Positions 24,945 through 37,300 of a stretch of 64,000 bases of DNA are shown one piece after another. The DNA lies in contig NC_086107.1 of NCBI RefSeq assembly GCF_963921235.1, positions 114,020,001-114,084,000 on the forward strand, given 5' to 3'. How positions within the stretch are numbered: the first letter of the stretch is position 1; each line of letters opens with the position of its first letter. The translations under genes and the position numbers were made by a program. The notes under the pieces are model-generated. The model did no database searches. It saw only the letters and a list, made by a program, of their open reading frames with translations, and had not been told where the DNA came from. This DNA comes from Mobula hypostoma (taxonomy: Eukaryota).

Positions 24945-27900
24945 CTGACCGGTGTCTCTCAGTCCCTCTCTCTCAGGGGGAGATCTGTACACTGACCGGT
25001 GTCTCTCAGTCCAACTCTCTCAGGGGCAGATCTGTACACTGACCGGTGTCTCACAGTCACTCTCTCTCAGGGGGAGATCTGTACACTAACAGGTGTCTCT
25101 CACTCCCTCTCTCTCAGGGGCAGATCTGTACACTGACCGCTGTCTCTCAGTCCCTCTCCTTCAGGGGAGATCTGTACAGTGACCGGTGTCTCTCAGTCCC
25201 TCTCTCTCAGGGGGAGTTCTGTACACTGACTAGTGTCTCTCAGTCCCTCTCTCTCAGGGGGAGATCTGTACACTGACGGTGTCTCTCAGTCCCTCTCTCT
25301 CAGGGGGAGATCTGTACACTGACTGGTGTCTCTCAGTCCCTCTCTCTCAGGGGGAGATCTGTACACTGACGGTGTCTCTCAGTCCCTCTCTCTCAGGGGG
25401 AGATCTGTACACTGACCGGTGTCTCTCAGTCCCTCTCTCTCAGGGGAAGATCTGTACACTGACCGGTGCCTCTCACTCACTCTCTCTCAGGGGCAGATCT
25501 GTACACTGACCGGTGTCTCTCACTCCCACTCTCTCAGGGGCAGATCTGTACACTGACCGCTGTCTCTCACTCCCTCTCTCTCAGGGGCAGATCTGTACAC
25601 TGACCGGTATCTCTCACTTCCTCTCTCTCAGGGGGAGATCTGTACACTGACCGGTGTCTCTCAGTCCCTCTCTCTCAGGGGGAGATCTGTGCACTGAACG
25701 GTGTCTCTCAGTCCCTCTCTCTCAGGGGGAGATCTGTACACTGACTGGTGTCTCTCAGTCCCTCTTTCTCAGGGGGAGATCTGTACACTGACCGGTGTCT
25801 CTCAGTCCCTCTTTCTCAGGGGGAGATCTGTACACTGACCGGTGTCTCTCACTCACTCTCTCTCAGGGGGAGATCTGTACACTGACCGGTGTCTCTCAGT
25901 CCCTCTCTCTCAGGGGGAGATCTGTACACTGACGGTGTCTCTCAGTCCCTCTCTCTCAGGGGGAGATCTGTACACTGACGGTGTCTCTCAGTCCCTCTCT
26001 CTCAGGGGGAGATCTGTACACTGACCGGTGTCTCTCAGTCCCTCTCCCTCAGGGGAAGATCTGTACACTGACCGGTGTCTCTCACTCCCTCTCTCTCAGG
26101 GGCAGATCTGTACACTGACCGGTGTCTCTCACTCACTCTCTCTCAGGGGCAGATCTGTACACTGACCGGTGTCTCTCACTTCCACTCTCTCAGGGGCAGA
26201 TCTGTACACTGACCGCTGTCTCTCACTCCCTCTCTCTCAGGGGCAGATCTGTACACTGACCGGTATCTCTCACTCCCTCTCTCTCAGGGTGAGATCTGTA
26301 CACTGACCGGTGTCTCTCAGTCCCTCTCTCTCAGGGGGAGATCTGTACACTGACCGGTGTCTCTCAGTCCCTCTCTCTCAGGGGGAGATCTGTACACTGA
26401 CCGGTGTCTCTCAGTCCCTCTTTCTCAGGGGGAGATCTGTACACTGACCGGTGTCTCTCAGTCCCTCTTTCTCAGGGGGAGATCTGTACACTGACCGGTG
26501 TCTATCAGTCCCTCTCTCTCAGGGGCAGATCTGTGCACTGACCGGTGTCTCTCAGTCCCTCTCTCTCAGGGGCAGATCTGTACACTGACCGCTGTCTCTC
26601 ACTCCCTCTCTCTCAGGGGGAGATCTGTACACTGACCGGTGTCTCTCACTCCCTCTCTCTCAGGGGCAGATCTGTACACTGACCGGTGTCTCTCACTCCC
26701 ACTCTCTCAGGGGCAGATCTGTACACTGACCGGTATCTCTCACTCCCTCTCTCTCAGGGGGAGATCTGTACACTGACCGGTGTCTCTCAGTCCCTCTCTC
26801 TCAGGGGCAGATCTGTACAGTGACCGTGTCTCTCAGTCCCTCTTTCTCAGGGGGAGATCTGTACACTGACCGGTGTCTCTCACTCACTCTTTCTCAGGGG
26901 TAGATCTGTACACTGACCGGTGTCTCTCACTCACTCTCTCTCAGGGGCAGATCTGTGCACTGACCGGTGTCTCTCACTCACTCTCTCGCAGGGGCAGATC
27001 TGTACACTGACCGGTGTCTCTCACTCCCTCTCTCTCAGGGGCAGATCTGTACACTGACCGGTGTCTCTCAGTCCCTCTCTCTCTCAGGGGCAGATCTGTA
27101 CACTGACCGGTGTCTCTCAGTCCCTCTCTCTCAGGGGCAGATCTGTGCACTGACCGGTGTCTCTCAGTCCCTCTCTCTCAGGGGGAGATCTGTACACTGA
27201 CCGGTGTCTCTCAGGGGGAGATCTGTACACTGATCGGCGTCTCTCAGTCTCTCTCTCTCATGGACAGATTTGTACACTGACTAGTGTCTCTCAGTCCCTC
27301 TCCTTCAGGGGAGATCTGTACAGTGACCGGTGTCTCTCACTCCCTCTCTCTCAGGGGCAGATCTGTACACTGACTGGTGTCTCTCAGTCCCTCTCTCTCA
27401 GGGGCAGATCTGTACACTGACCGGTGTCTCTCAGTCCCTCTCTCTCAGGGGCAGATCTGTGCACTGACCGGTGTCTCTCAGTCCCTCTCTCTCAGGGGGA
27501 GATCTGTACACTGACCGGTGTCTCTCAGTCCCTCTCTCTCAGGGGGAGATCTGTACACTGATCGGCGTCTCTCAGTCTCTCTCTCTCATGGACAGATTTG
27601 TACACTGACTAGTGTCTCTCAGTCCCTCTCCTTCAGGGGAGATCTGTACAGTGACCGGTGTCTCCCAGTCCCTCTCTCTCAGGGGGAGTTCTGTACACTG
27701 ACTAGTGTCTCTCACTCCCTCTCTCTCAGGGGGAGATCTGTACACTGACCGGTGACTCTCAGTCCCTCTCTCTCAGGGGGAGATCTGTACACTGACGGTG
27801 TCTCTCAGTCCCTCTCTCTCAGGGGGAGACCTGTACACTGACCAGTGTCTCTCAGTCCCTCTCTCTCAGGGGGAGATCTGTACACTGACAGTGTCTCTCA

Positions 27901-29410
27901 GTCCCTCTCTCTCAGGGGGAGATCTGTACACTGACCGGTGTCTCTCAGTCCCTCTCCCTCAGGGGAAGATCTGTACACTGACCGGTGTCTCTCACTCCCT
28001 CTCTCTCAGGGGCAGATCTGTACACTGACCGGTGTCTCTCACTCACTCTCTCTCAGGGGCAGATCTGTACACTGACCGGTGTCTCTCACTTCCACTCTCT
28101 CAGGGGCAGATCTGTACACTGACCGCTGTCTCTCACTCCCTCTCTCTCAGGGGCAGATCTGTACACTGACCGGTATCTCTCACTCCCTCTCTCTCAGGGT
28201 GAGATCTGTACACTGACCGGTGTCTCTCAGTCCCTCTCTCTCAGGGGGAGATCTGTACACTGACCGGTGTCTCTCAGTCCCTCTCTCTCAGGGGGAGATC
28301 TGTACACTGACCGGTGTCTCTCAGTCCCTCTTTCTCAGGGGGAGATCTGTACACTGACCGGTGTCTCTCAGTCCCTCTTTCTCAGGGGGAGATCTGTACA
28401 CTGACCGGTGTCTATCAGTCCCTCTCTCTCAGGGGCAGATCTGTGCACTGACCGGTGTCTCTCAGTCCCTCTCTCTCAGGGGCAGATCTGTACACTGACC
28501 GCTGTCTCTCACTCCCTCTCTCTCAGGGGGAGATCTGTACACTGACCGGTGTCTCTCACTCCCACTCTCTCAGGGGCAGATCTGTACACTGACCGGTATC
28601 TCTCACTCCCTCTCTCTCAGGGGGAGATCTGTACACTGACCGGTGTCTCTCAGTCCCTCTCTCTCAGGGGCAGATCTGTACACTGACCGTGTCTCTCAGT
28701 CCCTCTTTCTCAGGGGGAGATCTGTACACTGACCGGTGTCTCTCACTCACTCTTTCTCAGGGGAAGATCTGTACACTGACCGGTGTCTCTCACTCACTCT
28801 CTCTCAGGGGCAGATCTGTGCACTGACCGGTGTCTCTCACTCACTCTCTCGCAGGGGCAGATCTGTACACTGACCGGTGTCTCTCACTCCCTCTCTCTCA
28901 GGGGCAGATCTGTACACTGACCGGTGTCTCTCAGTCCCTCTCTCTCTCAGGGGCAGATCTGTACACTGACCGGTGTCTCTCAGTCCCTCTCCCTCAGGGG
29001 CAGATCTGTGCACTGACCGGTGTCTCTCAGTCCCTCTCTCTCAGGGGGAGATCTGTACACTGACCGGTGTCTCTCAGTCCCTCTCTCTCAGGGGGAGATC
29101 TGTACACTGATCGGCGTCTCTCAGTCTCTCTCTCTCATGGACAGATTTGTACACTGACTAGTGTCTCTCAGTCCCTCTCCTTCAGGGGAGATCTGTACAG
29201 TGACCGGTGTCTCTCAGTCCCTCTCTCTCAGGGGGAGTTCTGTACACTGACTAGTGTCTCTCACTCCCTCTCTCTCAGGGGGAGATCTGTACACTGACCG
29301 GTGACTCTCAGTCCCTCTCTCTCAGGGGGAGATCTGTACACTGACGGTGTCTCTCAGTCCCTCTCTCTCAGGGGGAGACCTGTACACTGACCAGTGTCTC
29401 TCAGTCCCTC
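24945..29410 (+). repeat. 47-bp minisatellite array, ~95 units, with higher-order structure
   Basis: Unit tgtacactgaccggtgtctctcagtccctctctctcagggggagatc. Diagnostic variants recur at ~1910-bp and ~328-bp offsets. Confidence 0.97.
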
Positions 29411-29771
29411 TCTGCCTCATGGGCAGACCTGTGCCTTCAGTGCTGTCTATGTTACTCTGCAGAGGGCTATTTTGATCTTTCTGTGCCCTGGTTAGTGTTG
29501 TGGCCAGGGCTGTTTTGCCCCACACTCTCTCCTCTCCCCTCTTGCTCGTTTTTGTTTATTTATAACTTTTCTGGTGTCACGCTGTAGTTTTTGTGACTTC
29601 AGACGTGCTAACTACTCCCTGTGAATTATCGCACCCCTCAGCACTGCCATTGATGCTGGTAGAGATTAGTTTGAGGCTGTGCAAATAACTTGTTTTTCAA
29701 CCTCTTGGCAGTCTCCTGTCTGGGCTCACAGCCATTGTTCTACCCTGAAGCTGACTGTCTCCAGCTCAGCC

Positions 29772-30426
29772 CAAGTGCTGTTGGGCTGCTCTACCCAGCT
29801 CTCAGTTTTCACTTTATTCGCTCAGAACCCAAAACCTGGATTGGCCGTTGCTGTCTCTGCTGGCCTCGGGACACAGGACTGAAAGCTCCAGTACTGATCT
29901 CCGGCTTGATCCCCAGATTGGTCATCAGCCAGCTTTGGGCCTAGTGTCCAACGTGAGACCTCAGACCCAGGTCACCTTCAGCCAGATGTCTGTCCTGTTT
30001 CCTGGCCGAGCTGAGCCCACCTGCTTGGGCGTCAGGGAGTGAAATGTTTGTAAGGACCCATAAGGACCTGAAATGTACACAGTCACTCAGATTCAGAGCT
30101 CCAGAGAGACCTGGGTGTACACACTCAAACACTGGCAGAGAAATGTGTGTAGATGTTCAGACACACACACAGACAGACAGACAGACACAACACACACACT
30201 CACACAAACACACACTCACACAACACACACGCACACAACATACACACAGGCACACACATGCACACACTTACGCAAATGCACATAACACATACACACACAT
30301 ACAGTCTCTTACACACACACACAGACCAGACACACACACACACACACACACAACACACAACACACACACACACACACACACACACAACACACACACTCAC
30401 ACACACAACACACACACTCACACACA

Positions 30427-30467
<41 letters not shown>

Positions 30468-33400
30468 TCTCACACACACACACACACACAGACGCACACA
30501 ACACACACACACAGACGCACACACACACAGACGCACACAACACACACTCACACACACACACGCACACAACACACACACTCACACACACACACACACGCAC
30601 ACAACACACACTCACACACACACACATAGACGCACACAACACACACACTCACACACACACACAGACGCACACAACACACACACTCACACACAGACACAGA
30701 CACACACACACACAGACACACACACAACAGACAAAGAGACACAGACACGCACACATACACAAACACATATACATACACTCACACAGAGACACACACACAC
30801 ACACAACATACACACAGGCACACACATGCACACACTTACGCAAATGCACATAACACTACACACACATACAGTCTCTTACACACACACACAGACCAGACAT
30901 CCCACCCTGCAAAAACTCATTTCAGGGAGGTAGCACCATCAATTTCCGGGAGAGGTGGGACGTCTGCAATAGAGTAGCTCCTGAGCAGCTAGCCAGCTAG
31001 TTTAAATAACGTTAGCTATTCCCCTCTGCTCTCTGATTCCTAAATGGACATTGAACCCATGAACAGTTCCTCACTCTTTAAAATACATATTATTTCTGTT
31101 TTTGCACTATTTTAAATTGAACAGTTTAATATACATCTATATACTTACTGTCATTAATGTACTTATTTTTCTTTGAATTGTCATGCATTACATTATACTG
31201 CTGCTGCTAAGTTAACAAATTTCGTGACATATACCAGTGATAATAAACCTGATTCTCCTTTGTCTATCCTACCTGTTATTCCCTTAAGGAATTCTAATGG
31301 AATTGTTAGACAAGATTTCCTCTTAAGGAAACCATGCTGTCTTTGGCCTATTTTATCATGTGCCTCCAAGTACCTCGAAACCTCGCCCCGAATATTAGAC
31401 TCAAATATCTTACCAACCACTGAAGTCAGGCTGACAGGCCTATAATTTCCTTTCTTCTGCCTCTCTCCCTTCTTAAAGAGTGGAGTGACATTTGCAATTT
31501 TCCTGTCCTCCAGAAGCATTCCAGATTCTAGTGGTTTTTGAAAGATCATTACTGCTGCCTCCACAATCTTTTCACTAAATTCTTTCAGAACCCTGGGATG
31601 AAGTCCATCTGGTCCAGGTGACTTATCTGCCTTCAGAACTTCCAGCTTCGCAAGCACTCTCTTCTGTCCCTTGACACTCGCATTTTTGGCATTCTGCTAG
31701 TGTTTTCCACAGTGAAGACTGATGAAAAATATTTATTAAGTTCGTCGGCCATTTCTTTGTCTCTCATTACCACTACTCCAGCAACATTTTCCAGTGGTCC
31801 AATATCTGTTCTTTTACTCTTTATATGTGTGAAAAATCTTTGTATCCTGTTTGATGTTATTGCCTAGCTTGGTTTCATATTTAATCTTTTCGCTCCATAT
31901 ATTTTTTTTTTGTTGCTTTCTATTGGTTTTAAAAGCTTCCAAATCCTCAGAAAAGCTTCCCAGTATTTTTTATTATATTATATGTCCTCTTTTTGGCTTT
32001 GACTTCCCTTGTCAGCCATGGTTGCATTATCTTCTTTTTAGAATACTTCTTCACCTTTGTGATTGATCTGCTCCTTCCAAATTGCCCCCAGAAACTCCAG
32101 ATATTGTTGTTCTGGCATCATCCCTGCTAATGTCCCCTTCCAGACAAATGTGGCCAACTCCTCCCTCAAGGCACTCCTACCAGCCTTTTCCATTTCCTGT
32201 TGAATTTTATATCCCACAACCCGGCTATTGTTCGAGGCCTATATGTATAAATCCTATCAGGGTCTTTCCACCGTTGCACTTTCTTAACTCTACCCATAAC
32301 GATTCTACATCTTCCGATCTTATGTCACCTCTTTCTAAGAGTTTGATTTCATTTTTTACCAACAGAGCAACCCCCCCCCCCCGCCCATTGCCCACTGGGT
32401 GCCAGAGAGCTCTGACTTTCCCAATGTTTCTCACCTCCAGAAACAGCCTGTGAGTCTGGGGAAACGGCCTGGGGCTGGGAAATTAGCACCATGAATGGAT
32501 AGCCCAGAACCCACCACAAACTCCCTCACTGAGGACTTGACGCCCGAGCAGGTGGGCTCAGCTCGGCCTGGAAACAAGACAGACACCTGGCTGAAGGTGA
32601 CCTGGGCCTAAGCTCTCATGTTGGACACTAGGCCCAAAGCTGGCTGATGACCAAACTGGGGATCAAGCCGGAGATCAGTACTGGAGCTTTCAGTCCTGTG
32701 TCCCGAGGCCAGCAGAGACAGCAACGGCCAATCCAGGTTTTGGGTTCTGAGCGAATAAAATGAAAACTGAGAGCTGGGTAGAGCAGCCCAACAGCACTTG
32801 TGCTGAGCTGGAGACAGTCAGCTTCAGGGTAGAACAACGGCTGTGAGCCCAGACAGGAGACTGCCAAGAGGTGATTATGTTGGAGATTGTCAGGCTGAGA
32901 GTAGAACAAGAGCTCTGAGCAGTCTCAAGGGGAGATCGTTCTGCCAACTGGTGTACTTGGGTGCAGAGAATGAGCAGCAAAGAAGGCCGAAGCCTGTGAC
33001 CTGGGCCCAGAACCAACTTGTAGTCAAAGTTTGACTTAAAAACAAAATTCAAAATAAAACGATTTATTTGCACAGCCTCAAACTAAACTCTACCAGCATC
33101 AGCGTCAGTGCTGAGGGGCGCGATAATTCAGAGGCAGTGGTTAGCAGATCTGAAGTCTCAAAAACTACAGCATGACACCAGAAAATTTATAAATAAACAA
33201 AAACGATCAAGAGGGGAGAGGAGATAGTGTGGGGCGAAACAGCCCAGGCCACAACAATAACCAGGGCACAGAAAAATCAAAACAGCCCACTGCAGAGTAA
33301 CGTAGCAGCAGTGAGGGCACAGGTCTCCCATGAGGCAGAGAGGGACTGAGAGACACCGGTCAGTGTACAGATCTCCCCCTGAGAGAGAGGGACTGAGAGA

Positions 33401-34316
33401 CACCAGTCAGTGTACAGATCTGTCCCTGAGAGAGAGGGACTGAGAGACACCGGTCAGTGTACAGATCTCCCCCTGAGAGAGAGGGACTGAGAGACACCAG
33501 TCAGTGTACAGATCTGTCCCTGAGAGAGAGGGACTGAGAGACAGCGGTCAGTGTACAGATCTCCCCCTGAGAGAGAAGGACTGAGAGACACCAGTCAGTG
33601 TACAGATCTCCCCTGAGGGAGAGGGACTGAGAGACACTGGTGAATGTTTGGTAGCCTAAGTGCTGCCAGTCGCCATTGGGATTTCGCCCTCACTTTTAAT
33701 ATTTGAAGGGCTTTGTCTTTAAAATTGGTGTCTCATCTGGAGTCATTTCATCTTTAAAACAGTCTCACAGTTTCTGGATGGGGAGAGATGGATTCTGTAG
33801 GAGTTCCGGATAGAGCAATGTCTTCTTTCATTCGGATGCTTAATGTGGGGAGACGTCTCTTTAAATGGGGTCTCTGTTAATGAGAGTTCCCGTCTTTAAT
33901 TGGGATATCTTCTGATGTGAAGCCCCGCCTAAACAGGGTTTGTTACTGAGGTTAAACCTCTGGCGTACAAGGGGTTTGATGGGGAGATTGCTTCCATGAA
34001 GATTTTTCTGATTTTTCAGCCAGGACACTGATGTGTGATACAAACACTCATACAGAGACACACACACAACACACACATACACACAGACATACAACAGACC
34101 ACACACATGCACACACACAAATACACACAAAACATAGACACACATACAAACACAGACATAGAAATACATAGATACACAACCTGACCACACATACACACAC
34201 ACTTACACAAATATACACAACACACACGCTCATACACTCACACACGTACTCACAAACACACTCAGACATACACACTCACACACACACACTCACACATACA
34301 CACTCACACATACACA

Positions 34317-34357
<41 letters not shown>

Positions 34358-37300
34358 TGAAGGTGATGTGAAGCAGCTCATCACAAACTACAACTCTGCA
34401 AAATTTGCAGATGATATGAAGATAGATAGAGTGGCGGGTAGTTTTGAGGAAGTAGAGTGGCTACTGAAGGACTTAGACAGATTAATAGAATGGACAAAGA
34501 AATGGCAGATGGAATACAGTGTTGGGAAATATATGATCATGCACTTTGGTAGAAGAAGTGAAGGAGTTGACTTTTTTCTCAATGGGGAGAAAATACAAAC
34601 CTCTGAGGTGCAAAGGGTTTGGGAGTCCCTAAAGGTTAATTTGCAGGTTGAGCCTGTGGTGAGGAAGGCAAGTGCAATGTTAGCATTCATTTCAGGAGGA
34701 CTAGAATATAAAAGCAAGGATGTATTGTGAAACTTTATGAAGCACTGGTGAGGCCTCACTTGGTGGACTCTGTACAGACTGGGTTCTCGTATCACAACAC
34801 TCAAAGTATCGCACATCAGTGTCCTGGCTGAAAGATCAGAAAACTCTTCATGGAAACAATCTCCACATCAAACCCCTTGTACAGAGGTTTAACCTCAGTA
34901 ACAAATCCTGTTTAGGCAGGGCTAAACAGAAGATATCCTGATTAAAGATGAGAACTCTCATTAACAGAGACCCCATTTAAAGAGACGCCTCCCACATTAA
35001 GAATCCCAATGAAAGAAGATATTGCTCTATCTGGAATTCCTACAGAATCCATCTCTCCCCATCCAGAAACTGTGAGCCTGTTTTAAAGATGAAATGACTC
35101 CACATGAGACACCAATTTTAAAGACAAAGCCCTTCAAAAATGAAAAGTGATGGAGAAATCCCAGTGGTGACTGGCAGCACTTAGAGTACCAAATATTCAC
35201 CAGTGTCTCTCAGTCTCTCCCTCAGGGACAGATCTGTACACTGACCGGTGTCTCTCAGTCCCTCTCTCTCAGGGGAGAGCTGTACACTGACCGGCAATGT
35301 TCCCTCTAATTTTTAGTAGTCAGTGTGCGCAAAAATACTATGTTGTGCAAATTTTTTTCCTGTGACAAAAGTATGTGCGCGCTGAATGCACACTTGGCAC
35401 AGTTTATGCAGACTTACAAAATATTTGACATAATACTGCACGGAATAACAACAAAATAACTTACATATTTAAGTCACTCAGTTATTTTTTCTCTCTCCTG
35501 TCTTTGGCATTTACCCATTCTTTGTAAACTCTATCTCAACTAATAGAACTTCCATCCAATTGATAGCTTTTGATTCTTATTAACATATCCAAATGACATT
35601 CACCAAAACGGTTTCTCAGCTTGTTTTTGAGTTGATTCATTAGAAACATAGAAACATAGAAAATAGGTGCAGGAGTAGGCCATTCGGCTCTTCGAGCCTG
35701 CACCGCCATTCAGTATGATCATGGCTGATCATCCAACTCAGAACCCTGTACCAGCCTTCCCTCCATACCCACTGATCCCTTTAGCTACAAGGGCCATATC
35801 TAACTCCCTCTTAAATATAGCCAATGAACTGGCCTCAACTGTTTCCTGTGGCAGAGAATTCCACAGATTCACCACTCTCTGTGTGAACAAGTTTTTCCTA
35901 ATCTCGGCCCTAAAAGGCTTCCCCTTTATCCTCAAACTGTGACCCCTCGTTCTGGACTTCCCCAACATCGGGAACAATCTTCCTGCATCTAGCCTGTCCA
36001 ATCCCTTTAGAATTATATACATTTCAATAAGATCCCCCCTCAATCTTCTAAATTCCAACGAGTATAAGCCTAGTCGATCCAGTCTTTCATCATATTAAAG
36101 TCCTGCCATCCCAGGAATCAACCTGGTGAACCTTCTTTGTACTCCCTCTATGGCAAGGATGTCTTTCCTCAGATTAGGGGACCAAAACTGCACACAATAC
36201 TCCAGGTGTGGTCTCACCAAGGCCTTGTACAACTGCAGTAGTACCTCCCTGCTCCTGTACTCGAATCCGCTTACCATAGAGCCATAGAACCATAGAAACT
36301 ACAGCACAGAAACAGGCCTTATGGCCCTTCTTGGCTGTGCCGAACCATTTTCTGCCTAGTCCCACTGACCTGCACACGGACCATATCCCTCCATACACCT
36401 CCCATCCATGTATCTGTCCAATTTATTCTTAAATGTTAAAAAAGAACCCGCATTTACCACCTCGTCTGGCAGCTCATTCCATACTCCCACCACTCTCTGT
36501 GTGAAGAAGCCCCCACTAATGTTCCCTTTAAACTTTTCCCCCCTCACCCTTAACCCATGTCCTCTGGTTTTTTTCTCCCCTTGCCTCAGTGGAAAAAGCC
36601 TGCTTGCATTCACTCTATCTATACCCATCATAATTTTATATACCTCTATCAAATCTCCCCTCATTCTTCTACGCTCCAGGGTATAAAGTCCTAACCTATT
36701 CAACCTTTCTCTGTAACTGAGCTTCTCAAGTCCTGGCCACATCCTTGTAAACCTTCTCTGCACTCTTTCAACCTTATTTATATCCTTCCTGTAATTTCCT
36801 GTAATAACTGAACACAATACTCCAGATTCGGCATCACCAATGCCTTATACAACCTCATCATAACATTCCAGCTCTTATACTCAATACTATGATTAATAAA
36901 GGCCAATGTACCAAAAGCTCTCTTTACGACCCTATCTACCTGTGGCGCCACTTTTAGGGAATTTTGTATCTGTATTCCCAGATCCCTCCGTTCCACTGCA
37001 CTCCTCAGTGCCTTACCATTAACCCTGTATGTTCTACCTTGGTTTGTCCTTCCAACGTGCAATACCTTACACTTGTCTGCATTAAACTCCATCTGCCATT
37101 TTTCAGCCCATTTTTCCAGCTGGTCCAAGTCCCTCTGCAGGCTCTGAAAACCTTCCTCGCTGTCTACTACACCTCCAATCTTTGTATCATCAGCAAATTT
37201 GCTGATCCAATTTACCACATTATCATCCAGATCATTGATATAGATGACAAATAACAATGGACCCAGCACTGATTCCTGTGGCACACCACTAGTCACAGGC

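Noticed and set aside
24945..29410. CRISPR array
   Set aside because: Units are head-to-tail with no unique spacers and no cas genes, in a eukaryotic context.
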